Source: an uncultured Alphaproteobacteria bacterium (GTDB taxonomy: Bacteria > Pseudomonadota > Alphaproteobacteria > Rhizobiales > Xanthobacteraceae). Taken from it: DNA of 64,000 nucleotides. Shown here piece after piece: positions 32,449 through 41,580 of this stretch. The translations under genes and the position numbers were made by a program. Position 1 is the first letter of the stretch. Every line of letters begins with the position of its first letter. The notes under the pieces were generated by a model. The model saw nothing but the letters and a program-made list of their open reading frames with translations, was not told the DNA's origin and did not search any database. The stretch covers positions 42,650-106,649 of the forward strand of contig CAVTZC010000012.1 in assembly GCA_963739075.1 (NCBI GenBank). The letters are read 5' to 3'.

Positions 32449-33054
32449 ATGCCCCTGCAAAACCGCGTCGACCCCTTCGGCGATTTGTTCGCAGATGTCG
32501 CGCGCGGATTGCTCATGGGCAATCGCGGCGGGCGATTGCACGACAAGCAGCGCAAACTCGGCGCGCGGCGCTGGACGTCGAAGCAATGGATCTGCTGCCG
32601 CCTCCAATTCAACAATCGCCACCGCAACGTGTGGGGCGACAGCTATAGCGAATTATTCTTTCTCGACGAGGTAACGGCGCTCGCCGCCGGTCACCGGCCC
32701 TGCTTCGAATGTCGGCACCAGGAGGCGGAACGATTCGCCGCGCTGTTCTCGTGCGGAAGGGCGCGCGCTCGTGCTGGTGCGATGGATGACGTGCTGCACG
32801 CCGAGCGGCTCGACGGCAAGGTCAAGCGCATGCACCGCCGCAAGATCGATATGCTTCCCGACGGGACGATGATCGCGCTCGGTGGCGCCGCCTTCGCTAT
32901 CCGCGGCGAGCGGTTGCTGCGCTGGACGCCATCAGCCTACGCGGCTGCACGACCGTGCCCGCGCGTGATCGACGTGGACGTGCTAACGCCGCCGTCGATT
33001 GTCGCAGTGCTGTCCCACGGCTACCGGCCGCTTTGGCATTCAAGCGCGAGCTAG
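32449..33054 (+). CDS. Conserved hypothetical protein, Cys/His-rich, function unknown
   Basis: 201 aa with coding-like GC3: MPLQNRVDPFGDLFA...LMGNRGGRLHD...WICCRLQF...YSELFFLDEVTALAAGHRPCFECR.... No obvious RBS. I recall similar proteins annotated only as hypothetical. Confidence 0.55.
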   Translation: MPLQNRVDPFGDLFADVARGLLMGNRGGRLHDKQRKLGARRWTSKQWICCRLQFNNRHRNVWGDSYSELFFLDEVTALAAGHRPCFECRHQEAERFAALFSCGRARARAGAMDDVLHAERLDGKVKRMHRRKIDMLPDGTMIALGGAAFAIRGERLLRWTPSAYAAARPCPRVIDVDVLTPPSIVAVLSHGYRPLWHSSAS

Positions 33055-33058
33055 ATTT

Positions 33059-34267
33059 TCATGTTGGCCCTATCGGCGGCGTGGCAGGTCCGGCCGGCAC
33101 GCGACGGGCCCAGGCGAAGTACACGATGCCCGCCATGACCAGCAGCATCGCCACCACCAGCACGACGCAGGCCGGCCAGCCGGCGAGCGTCCAGGCGAGG
33201 CCGCCGAGCACCGCGCCGAAGCTGCCGCCGACGTAGAAGCTCGTCACATAGAGGCCTACCGCCGAGGAGCGGCCGGCCTGCGCGGTGGTCGTAACATAGG
33301 CGGTGGAGACCGTTTGACAGATCTGCCCACAGCCGGCGCTGATGGCGAGGCCCAAAATGATGAGCGGTAGCGAGGGCGCCAGCGTCAACGCAATTCCGGC
33401 AACCCAAAGCGCGAGCACCCGCACGGTGAAGCGCCGGCGCCCGAACCGGGTCACCGCCCAGCCGGTCCACGGCGAGAGCACGGAGCCGACCAGATAGACG
33501 ACGAAAATAGCGCCGAGCCAACTGGCGGAGAGATTGTAGGGCGCGGCGGCGAGATGAAAGCTGACAAAAGTGAAAGTGCAGGTGAAATTGCACAGCACGC
33601 CAAAGCCGACCGCGTAGGTCGCGATCAGTTGGCCGTTGCGGAAATGCGCGAGCATCTGCCGCCCGGACGCGAGCAAGCCTTCGGAGCGCACGAATTTGCG
33701 CTCGGGCGGCAGTAAAATCGCGACCGCGATCGCGCCGGCGAGGGCTACCCCCGCGAGCGCCAGGAAGCCGGCGCGCCAGCCGATCAGGTCGGCGAACAAG
33801 CCTGTCACCAGCCGTCCGCTGAATCCGCCGAAGCTCGACCCCGAGCCATAGATGCCGGCGGCGGTGGTTGCTTCGTGCCGCGGCCATTCGTCGCCGATAT
33901 AGGCGACGGTGACCGCGAAGATCGGCGGCAGCACCAGCCCCTGCACCGCGCGCCAGAAGATTAGCGCCGACAGGTTGGTCGCCATTGCCACCATTAAGGT
34001 CGGCAATACCAGCACGAACATCGCCGCGACGATCACCCGTTTGCGGCCCAGCACGTCGGCAACCGCGCCGGTGAACGCTGCGGTCATGGCCACCGCCAGG
34101 GTGCTGACGGTGATGATGGTGGAGACCTGGGCGGCGCTGGCGCTGAATTCGTGCGAGAGCAGCGGCAGGATCGACTGCGGGGCATAGAGATTGATGAAGG
34201 CGCAATAGCCGGCGAGCCCGACCGCCAAATGGCGCGCGGAAATCGTCGAGCGTGGCGCAGTGTTCAT
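33059..34267 (-). CDS. MFS transporter
   Basis: 12-TM-like pattern with the ...ADVLGRKRV... loop motif. Start taken at the internal ATG (MNTAPRST...). Confidence 0.8.
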   Translation of the reverse strand: MNTAPRSTISARHLAVGLAGYCAFINLYAPQSILPLLSHEFSASAAQVSTIITVSTLAVAMTAAFTGAVADVLGRKRVIVAAMFVLVLPTLMVAMATNLSALIFWRAVQGLVLPPIFAVTVAYIGDEWPRHEATTAAGIYGSGSSFGGFSGRLVTGLFADLIGWRAGFLALAGVALAGAIAVAILLPPERKFVRSEGLLASGRQMLAHFRNGQLIATYAVGFGVLCNFTCTFTFVSFHLAAAPYNLSASWLGAIFVVYLVGSVLSPWTGWAVTRFGRRRFTVRVLALWVAGIALTLAPSLPLIILGLAISAGCGQICQTVSTAYVTTTAQAGRSSAVGLYVTSFYVGGSFGAVLGGLAWTLAGWPACVVLVVAMLLVMAGIVYFAWARRVPAGPATPPIGPT

Positions 34268-34379
34268 CGGAAACCCGGCTTTGGCAGGAGCGCGTCTAGC
34301 GGGCGAGGCTATCGGTTTTGTATCGAACGCCAAAGGGGAAGGGCGGCGGGGCAGTCGGCCGGTGGGCGCATAGCTTGGC

Positions 34380-35912
34380 TCATGCAAGTCCGATCGCCGC
34401 TTTCGTGCGTCGCAGCGTCTCATCCGGCGAACCGGAGGCGTCAACCCGCGTCCATTGCATCGCTCCGAGATCGTATTGCTCTTGCTGGCGGGCGACCGCC
34501 GCGTCGGCATCGGAGGCATCGCCGGTGCGCCCACCAACGCGGGCAAGCCGCGTCGCCAGATCGGCGGTCAGAAACAGCCCGCGAAATTCGCTTGGCCGAG
34601 CGGCCTGCGCGATCGCCGCCCGCTCGCCGGCCTGCGCGAACACCGCGTCCACGATCGCCGAATGGCCGGCGGCGATCACCCGCCGCGCCTTGTCGGCGAG
34701 CGCGGCATAAACTCGTGCCGTGACATCGCGAGCGTAGGCCGGCTCCGGCAGGCGGTCGGTTTCGGCGATGCTGAACAGAGCCTTGCGCTCGGCGTCGCTG
34801 CGCAGCACCACCGCGCCCGGCTCGGGGAGAATCTGGACTGCAAGTGCGCGGGCGAGCAGCGACTTGCCGGTGCCCGACAGCCCGCCAACGGCCAGCAGAC
34901 GCGGCGGCGGCGGCGCTAGCAGCTTGCCGGCAAGCGCGAAGTAAGCGCGCGCGCTTTGCATGACGGCCGCACGGTCGGCGCCCTGCGTCGGCCGTGCCGC
35001 GGTCACCTTGGCGCGGATCGCCGCCCGCAGCGACAGGAACAGCGGCAGTGCGGCGAGCGCATCGAGATCCTCCGCCCGCCGCGTCTCGCTGAGATAGCGG
35101 TTGAGCACGATATTGGCGGCCTGTGGCAGTCCGCGCTCGATCAGGTCGGTGAGCAGGAAGGCGAGATCGTAAAGCACGTCGCCGGTGGCGATCGCGGGAT
35201 CGAACTCGATGGCGTCGAACAGCACAGGCGCGCCGTCGAGCAGTACGATATTGCCGAGATGCAGATCGCCGTGACAGCGCCGTACCAGGCCGGCGCGTTC
35301 GCGCGCGCTGAGCAGCGCCCGCACGCGCGCGAACGCGCCGCGCGTTGCATCGATCAACGCGCTCACCGCCGCGGGCGGAAAAAGTTCGGGCGCGGCGCGC
35401 AGCTCGGCATCGTTCTGCGCGATGATCTCGGCCAGTTCGTCGACAAATCCAGCGGCCATGTTGACCGGCGCCGCCGCGTGCGCGCGCACCACCGTCCGGG
35501 CGAGCGCGTCGGCGAGTGCACCGTCGATCCGCCGCGCCGCTGCCAAATGGTCGAGCGTCTGCGTCTCGTCGAAACGCCGCATCTCCACCGCCCATTCCAC
35601 CGGCTCACCCGCGCCGCCGATGGCGAGCGTGCCGTCCTTATCGCGCGTGATCGGCACCACGCGGCGGTAGATCGCCGGCGCATAGGGATGGTTCACCTCG
35701 AGCTCGGCCAGGCAGGCGGCTTGGCGCCGATCAAGCGTCGAATAATCGAGGAACGGAAAGCGCACCGCGCGCTTGATCTTCAGGGCGCGGCCGCCGGCCA
35801 GGAATACCGTCGCCGCGTGGGTATCGATTCGCTTGACCGGCGCGCCACCGTGGGTGGCGGGGCGGGCCAGAAAATCGATCACCGCCTGTTGCGAGGTTTC
35901 GGCCGGACGCAT
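34380..35912 (-). CDS. Bifunctional aminoglycoside-phosphotransferase-like kinase / P-loop ATP-binding protein
   Basis: APH-type catalytic loop CHGDLHLGNIVL...FDAIEFD, and a C-terminal Walker A GGLSGTGKS. ATG at 35912 preferred (AGGACGAGG upstream); the ORF track starts at GTG 35981. Confidence 0.7.
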   Translation of the reverse strand: MRPAETSQQAVIDFLARPATHGGAPVKRIDTHAATVFLAGGRALKIKRAVRFPFLDYSTLDRRQAACLAELEVNHPYAPAIYRRVVPITRDKDGTLAIGGAGEPVEWAVEMRRFDETQTLDHLAAARRIDGALADALARTVVRAHAAAPVNMAAGFVDELAEIIAQNDAELRAAPELFPPAAVSALIDATRGAFARVRALLSARERAGLVRRCHGDLHLGNIVLLDGAPVLFDAIEFDPAIATGDVLYDLAFLLTDLIERGLPQAANIVLNRYLSETRRAEDLDALAALPLFLSLRAAIRAKVTAARPTQGADRAAVMQSARAYFALAGKLLAPPPPRLLAVGGLSGTGKSLLARALAVQILPEPGAVVLRSDAERKALFSIAETDRLPEPAYARDVTARVYAALADKARRVIAAGHSAIVDAVFAQAGERAAIAQAARPSEFRGLFLTADLATRLARVGGRTGDASDADAAVARQQEQYDLGAMQWTRVDASGSPDETLRRTKAAIGLA

Positions 35913-36042
35913 CCTCGTCCTCGGGTTGGCGTTACTATCGGCCCAACCAATAGCGCCGGGCTGATCCATATCAATACGCACGTTTGCCGGATGCGGTCAT
36001 GGTATGCGAAATAAACCAACCCGCTTGAGGATGGAGGTTGCC

Positions 36043-36441
36043 GTGACCACCCTGCCGCATGTGTTCAAGCGTATCAGGCTCAATCTTGCCCGCTCCAAGG
36101 AGTTCCCGCAGGGCTCGTCGAAGCATGGTTACGAGTTCGTCGCACCGCTCGACGGCAATAGCCATATTGACGTGAAGCTCTGGCAAAGCAATCGAGAGCA
36201 TTGCCGCGTGCGCCGGTTTTGGGAAGGCGAGGACGACGAACACGGCTTCCTGGTGCATAAGCCGGGCGGCCCCGAGCATGCGCGCTGGGTGTTCGACTAC
36301 GACGAGACCGCCGTTGACAACGACGAAAGCGGCTACCGCTTTGGCGCCCATGCGTTCCGTTCGGGCGAATATGTCTCGATCCGCAACGAGGACGGCGAAA
36401 CGCACACCTACCAGGTGGTCTCGGTCGAGCCGGCTACCTGA
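36043..36441 (+). CDS. Conserved hypothetical protein
   Basis: Coding-like composition. GGAGG 5 nt upstream of GTG 36043 (alternative ATGs at 36031 and 36004). No family recognised. Confidence 0.5.
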   Translation: MTTLPHVFKRIRLNLARSKEFPQGSSKHGYEFVAPLDGNSHIDVKLWQSNREHCRVRRFWEGEDDEHGFLVHKPGGPEHARWVFDYDETAVDNDESGYRFGAHAFRSGEYVSIRNEDGETHTYQVVSVEPAT

Positions 36442-36552
36442 GCGGCGAAGCCCACTTCTGCACGGGCTCTCAAGTCTATTGACCCGCACGCGAGGGGCCG
36501 AGAGAGTGCGCGCCTCGCCGTGCTAAAGCGGCCAATTCAAGGGAGGAGCCAC

Positions 36553-36894
36553 GTGCTCTTGGATGTTCGGACCTATAAGACGCTGCCTGGCCGTGTCCCG
36601 GCGCAGCTGGAGCTTTACAAGAAGTACGGCTACCCGGTGCAGCTTCGCTATATGGGCGAGCCGCTATGTTATGCGGTGGCCGAAAGCGGCGAGTTGAACA
36701 CTTACACCCATGTCTGGGTCTATGAGAGTGCCGCCGATCGCGAAGCCAAGCGTGCCAAGATGGCGGCGGACCCGGATTGGAAAGTTTTCCTCGCCGAAAA
36801 CGCCAAGGCCGGGAACATCATCGAACAGAAGAACTGCCTGATGGTCCCGACCGCGTTCTCGCCGCCGATCCCGATGCCGAAGATCGTAAAATAA
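36553..36894 (+). CDS. NIPSNAP family protein
   Basis: LLDVRTYKTLPGRVPAQLELYKKYG...YTHVWVYESAADREAKRAKMAADPDW.... GGAGGA 5 nt upstream of GTG 36553. Confidence 0.7.
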   Translation: MLLDVRTYKTLPGRVPAQLELYKKYGYPVQLRYMGEPLCYAVAESGELNTYTHVWVYESAADREAKRAKMAADPDWKVFLAENAKAGNIIEQKNCLMVPTAFSPPIPMPKIVK

Positions 36895-36918
36895 ACCGGG
36901 CTAAGGCGGAGAAGATCG

Positions 36919-38628
36919 ATGCGAGCGAACGACGGCACGCGGACCGGCGGCGAAATTCTGATCGACCAGTTGGCGATCCACGGGGTGCGCCACGTGTTCT
37001 GCGTGCCGGGCGAGAGCTATCTGGCCGCGCTCGACGCGTTTCACGATTCCAAAATCGCGCTCACCATCTGCCGGCACGAGAATGGCGCCGCCATGATGGC
37101 CGAGGCGGTCGGCAAGGTCACCGGCCGCCCCGGCATCTGTTTCGTCACGCGCGGGCCGGGCGCTACCAATGCCTCGGCCGGCATCCACATCGCGCGCCAG
37201 GATTCCTCGCCGATGATCGTGTTCGTCGGCCAGGTCGGGCGGCACATGCGCGAGCGCGAGGCGTTCCAGGAGATCGACTACCGTGCGGTGTTCGGCATCA
37301 GCATGGCCAAATGGGCGACCGAGATCGACGACCCCGCGCGCATCCCGGAACTGGTGTCACGCGCGTTCCATACCGCCTGCAACGGCCGGCCCGGGCCGGT
37401 GGTAATCGCGGTGCCCGAGGACATGCTGACCGAACGCGCCATGGTGCCGGATGCGAGCCCGTTCGAGCCGGTGGAAATCTGGCCCGGCTTGACCGACATG
37501 AGCCGGCTGCAAAAGCTATTGTGGGCCGCCAAACGCCCGATCGCGCTGGTCGGCGGCAGCCGCTGGTCGGAAGCCGCCGTCGCCGCGCTAGCGCGCTTTG
37601 CCGAACGTTTCGCGCTGCCAGTCGCCACGACTTTCCGCCGCGGGTACCTGTTCGATGCGCTGCACCCTTGTTACGCCGGCGACATGGGCATCGGGCCTAA
37701 TCCGAAATTGCTCGCGCGCGTGAAGGGCGCCGACCTCGTGCTGCTGATCGGCGGTCGCCTGAGCGAAATGGCGACGCAGGGTTACACGCTGCTCGATATC
37801 CCCGAGCCGCAAATGAAGCTGGTGCACGTGCATCCGGGGCCTGAGGAACTCGGCCGCGTCTATCATCCCACGCTCGCCATCAACGCCGCGCCGACCGCGT
37901 TCTGCTCGGCGCTGGAAGGATTGCAGCCGCCGAACGAGATCGCGTGGAAAGGCGAGGTGGCCACCGCCCATGCCGATTATCTCGCCTGGTCCGAGACGGC
38001 GACGCAGGTGCCGGGCGCGGTCAATCTCGGCGAAATCATGGTGTGGCTGCGGGAGAATCTGCCGCCGGAATCGATCATCACCAACGGCGCCGGAAACTTC
38101 GCCGGTTGGATCCATCGCTTCTACCGCTTCCGCAAATACATGACCCATATCGGCCCGACCTCGGGCTCGATGGGCTACGGATTTCCGGCGGCACTGGCGA
38201 TGAAGACTTTGCATCCGGAGCGCACTGTGGTGTGTGTCGCCGGCGACGGCGATTTCCTGATGACGGGGCAGGATTTCGCGACGGCGGTGCAATACAAATT
38301 GCCGGTGATCGTGGTGCTCGCCGACAACGGCCTTTACGGCACCATCCGCATGCACCAGGAGCGCGAATATCCGGGCCGCGTGATCGCCACCGCGCTGCAT
38401 AATCCGGACTTCGTCGCCTATGCCCTGGCGTTCGGCGGTTACGGCGCGGTGGTGGAGAAGACCGCCGATTTCCCGGCCGCCTTCGCTGCCGCGCAGGCGT
38501 CCGGCAAGCCGTCGATCATTCATCTCAAGATCGATCCGGAAGCGATCTCGACCGCCGCCACGCTCACCGGCATCCGCAACAAGGCGCTGGCCGGGGCCGG
38601 GGGCAAGTCCGGGACCCATCGGAGCTAA
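36919..38628 (+). CDS. Thiamine-diphosphate-binding enzyme, acetolactate synthase large-subunit-like
   Basis: ...GVRHVFCVPGESYLAALDA...; ...RGPGATNA...; ThDP motif ...GDGDFLMTGQDFATAVQYKLPVIVVLADNGLYG.... Confidence 0.85.
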   Translation: MRANDGTRTGGEILIDQLAIHGVRHVFCVPGESYLAALDAFHDSKIALTICRHENGAAMMAEAVGKVTGRPGICFVTRGPGATNASAGIHIARQDSSPMIVFVGQVGRHMREREAFQEIDYRAVFGISMAKWATEIDDPARIPELVSRAFHTACNGRPGPVVIAVPEDMLTERAMVPDASPFEPVEIWPGLTDMSRLQKLLWAAKRPIALVGGSRWSEAAVAALARFAERFALPVATTFRRGYLFDALHPCYAGDMGIGPNPKLLARVKGADLVLLIGGRLSEMATQGYTLLDIPEPQMKLVHVHPGPEELGRVYHPTLAINAAPTAFCSALEGLQPPNEIAWKGEVATAHADYLAWSETATQVPGAVNLGEIMVWLRENLPPESIITNGAGNFAGWIHRFYRFRKYMTHIGPTSGSMGYGFPAALAMKTLHPERTVVCVAGDGDFLMTGQDFATAVQYKLPVIVVLADNGLYGTIRMHQEREYPGRVIATALHNPDFVAYALAFGGYGAVVEKTADFPAAFAAAQASGKPSIIHLKIDPEAISTAATLTGIRNKALAGAGGKSGTHRS

Positions 38629-38685
38629 CGCCCGCACGGGCCGGCGCTGTTGCATTTTACGTCTGAATCATCGTTCACTCGTTGA

Positions 38686-39336
38686 ATGCCCTATCGCCGC
38701 ACCGAGAACGTCGTCCGCCGCCTGGCCGAACGCGAGCAGGCGATCCTGGCGGCTGCGACGTCCATCGCCGCCGAGAGCGGCATGGCGGCGGTGCAGATCG
38801 CCGCCGTCGCGGCGCGCGCCGGCATCGCCGCCGGCACCGTTTACCGCTACTTCCCGTCCAAAACCGTGCTCGTCGCCGAGCTGGTGGCCGCCGTGGCCGG
38901 CCGCGAGCTTTCCGCCATGAAGGCCGCCGGCAACGCCGCGCCCGGGCCGCTGTCGGCACTGGCGGCTTGCATCGTCACCTTCGCCGCCCGCGCGCTCGGC
39001 GAGCGGCGGCTGGCCTGGGCGGTGATCGGCGAGCCGGTCGATGCGCAGGTGGACGCGATGCGGCTCGATTTCCGCCAGTCGCTCGCCGCCGAACTGGAAG
39101 CGCGCATCAAGACCGCGATCGCAGGCGGCCATCTGCCCGAGCAGGACGCCGGCGTCGCCGCGCCGGCCATCGTCGGCGCGCTGATGGAAGGGCTGCTCGG
39201 ACCGCTGGCGCCGGCGCCGGCCGATGCCGCCGCCGCGCGCGCCTCGGTGCAGAGCGCGACGCTGCTGGCGCTGCGCGCGCTCGGCGTGGTCGATGCGCGC
39301 GCCCGCGGCCTGGTGGCGCAATGCGTCCTGCCATAG
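38686..39336 (+). CDS. TetR/AcrR family transcriptional regulator
   Basis: HTH ...ILAAATSIAAESGMAAVQIAAVAARAGIAAGTVYRYFPSKTVLV.... Confidence 0.8.
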   Translation: MPYRRTENVVRRLAEREQAILAAATSIAAESGMAAVQIAAVAARAGIAAGTVYRYFPSKTVLVAELVAAVAGRELSAMKAAGNAAPGPLSALAACIVTFAARALGERRLAWAVIGEPVDAQVDAMRLDFRQSLAAELEARIKTAIAGGHLPEQDAGVAAPAIVGALMEGLLGPLAPAPADAAAARASVQSATLLALRALGVVDARARGLVAQCVLP

Positions 39337-39378
39337 ATCCGGTGATGATTAACGCGGCGTTCCGCCAATGATGGCGCG

Positions 39379-39951
39379 TTACTGCAGCTCTTCGGCCGAC
39401 ACTTCGTCGAGCGGCAGCGTTACCACTTTGACGCCGCGTTCCTCGGGATCGTCGGCGGCATGGAAACCGAGCTCGCCGCACATCTGCAACATGGTGCTGT
39501 TTTCCGCCAGCACCTGCCCGCGCACGGTCTTGAGCCCCTTCTCCTTGGCGTAGGCGATCATGTGCTTCATCATCAGCCAGCCGAGGCCGTGGCCTTTGAG
39601 ACGCGAGCGCACGATGATCGCGAATTCCGCGTTCTCGTCGCCGGGATCGTTGTGCAATCGCACCACGCCGAGCATTTTGCCGGTTGTTTCCTCGATGACG
39701 ATCGAGGCCATCGCGTGCTGCGGGTCGTAGTGGACGAGCTTGTCGATCAGCTCAGGGCTGACTTCGCGCATCGCGGCAAAATAGCGCAGCCGCAAATCGT
39801 CGGGCGTGATCTCGCTCAGGCAATCCGGATAGAGCGCGGCATCCTCCGGCTTCAGGGGCCGAAACAGCACCGGCGTCCCGTCCCGCAATTTGAGATGGCG
39901 TACTACGTCCAAGGCCGCAATTCCTGCCGTTCCGCGCACGCGGGAACCCAT
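39379..39951 (-). CDS. GNAT family N-acetyltransferase (resembles the stand-alone GNAT domain of Pat-type protein acetyltransferases)
   Basis: ...FRPLKPEDAALY...LRLRYF...EFAIIVRSRLKGHGLGWLMMKHMIAYAKEKG.... Confidence 0.75.
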   Translation of the reverse strand: MGSRVRGTAGIAALDVVRHLKLRDGTPVLFRPLKPEDAALYPDCLSEITPDDLRLRYFAAMREVSPELIDKLVHYDPQHAMASIVIEETTGKMLGVVRLHNDPGDENAEFAIIVRSRLKGHGLGWLMMKHMIAYAKEKGLKTVRGQVLAENSTMLQMCGELGFHAADDPEERGVKVVTLPLDEVSAEELQ

Positions 39952-40026
39952 ACTTCGCGGGCCGCCGACGGGCCAGCAACTATAGGTTCCGAGCGGCGGT
40001 GACGCTCGCTCAGGACGACAGAAAGA

Positions 40027-40854
40027 TCAATGCGACATCAGCGCCGGAACCGTCATCGATTCGAGAATGCCGCGGGTGACGCCGCCGAGGATGAATTCGC
40101 GCAAGCGCGAATGGCCGTAGCCGCCCATCACGATCATGTCGGCGGATGAATCAGCCGCATAGGACAGGATGGTTGAGGGGATGTCGATATCCGGCGACGT
40201 GATGCGTTTGACGTCGACCTTCAAGCCATGACGGGCGAGATGTTGGCCGAGATCGGCGCCGGGTACTTCATCGTTTTTGCCCGCCTTGTTGGCGACTATG
40301 ACGATCTCTACCTGCTTGGCCTTCTGCAGGAAGGGCAGGGCGTCGGCGATGGCGCGGGTGGCAGCGCGGCTGCCGTCCCAGCACACCATGACGCGGTCGA
40401 GCTTGAGGCCGGCTTTCTGAATGTAGGGCACGAAGATCACCGGCCGGCCGGATTCGAACAGCACCCCTTCGTCCACCACTTCGACCGGCGCGGATTTGTC
40501 GCGGTCGGGCTGGCCGACGATGACGAGGTCGAAGCGCCGTCCCAGGCGACCGAGCCGCTCGGCGGCGCCGGCGATACTGGCATTGACGGCGCGCGTTTCG
40601 TAGGAGATACCGGCGCGCTTGGCCGCCTGCTCGAAACGGTCGACCGCGGCGCGCACCGTCTTCTCGGATTCGGCGCGCTGCGACTCGATAAATTGCGGCG
40701 GTATACCGCCCATGACCGAACCGGGAATGACCGGATCGTAGACAAAGGCCATGCCCATCACATGCGCCCCGAAAGCGTCAGCCACCGAAATGGCGAAATC
40801 GCCCGCGGGATCCTGATTGCCCAACCCGAGATTGACGACGATATCCTTGATCAT
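40027..40854 (-). CDS. Universal stress protein, tandem UspA domains
   Basis: Two Usp modules. The C-terminal module carries ...DMIVMGGYGHSRLREFILGGVTRGIL.... Confidence 0.85.
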   Translation of the reverse strand: MIKDIVVNLGLGNQDPAGDFAISVADAFGAHVMGMAFVYDPVIPGSVMGGIPPQFIESQRAESEKTVRAAVDRFEQAAKRAGISYETRAVNASIAGAAERLGRLGRRFDLVIVGQPDRDKSAPVEVVDEGVLFESGRPVIFVPYIQKAGLKLDRVMVCWDGSRAATRAIADALPFLQKAKQVEIVIVANKAGKNDEVPGADLGQHLARHGLKVDVKRITSPDIDIPSTILSYAADSSADMIVMGGYGHSRLREFILGGVTRGILESMTVPALMSH

Positions 40855-40877
40855 GATCGCTTCTCCTCATCGAGCCG

Positions 40878-40925
40878 GCGCATGCACCCGAAGTGTGGAA
40901 ACCGATTTTCGGACAAGAGCATGCG
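40878..40925. repeat. Second copy of the nested-hairpin repeat seen at 24421-24469
   Basis: gcgcatgcacccgaagtgtggaaaccgattttcggacaagagcatgcg; roughly 80 percent identical by eye to the tolQ-tolR copy. Confidence 0.7.
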
Positions 40926-41043
40926 TAAGCATACTGCTTCGATAGGTAAATAATGGCAGCTGCGGCTGCCTGTGGCTTTGACCAGGGTCAAATGCCCGAT
41001 GCGTGCCACGCTCGGCCAAGCCGCCAAATCGCATGTCTGACGC

Positions 41044-41430
41044 TCACTTCTTCTTCCCATCCGGGCCGAATTGCTTGAGATAGGCCCATAAGTTGTCCAC
41101 TTCCTTGTCGTTCTTGATGCCGGGGAAGATCATCTTGGTGCCCGGAATCTTGGCGCGCGGATCCTTGATGTATTCCTTGAAGGTTGCCTCATTCCACACG
41201 ATGCCGGAGTTCTTGTTGGCGTCCGAATAGTTGTATCCGGCTGCGCTGCCCGAGTGGCGGCCGTCGAGGCCGTTGAGCTCGGGGCCGACAAAGTTCTTGG
41301 CGCCTTCGCCGATGCGATGACATATCTGACATTTCTTGAACGATTGCTCGCCGGCGGCCACGTCCTGCGCGTGCGCCGCCTGCGCCATCGCAGCTACCGC
41401 CAAGGCCGCTATCGTAAGTGTTGTTTTCAT
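41044..41430 (-). CDS. Soluble c-type cytochrome (cytochrome c2/c550-like)
   Basis: Signal peptide, heme motif CQICH, distal Met region ...GTKMIFPGIK.... Confidence 0.85.
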   Translation of the reverse strand: MKTTLTIAALAVAAMAQAAHAQDVAAGEQSFKKCQICHRIGEGAKNFVGPELNGLDGRHSGSAAGYNYSDANKNSGIVWNEATFKEYIKDPRAKIPGTKMIFPGIKNDKEVDNLWAYLKQFGPDGKKK

Positions 41431-41580
41431 CGGTTTCTCCCTCTGTGACTTGACGTCGCCGCCCTTCGGGAACCAATGCCGCCCGGCATGCCCCGGCTGG
41501 GAGGGGTTTTGCCAGCCCTATGTGTCAACCGTCAAATGGCTGATATCGTTGCGGCCACCGAAGAGTGGGGAGTTGTCACA

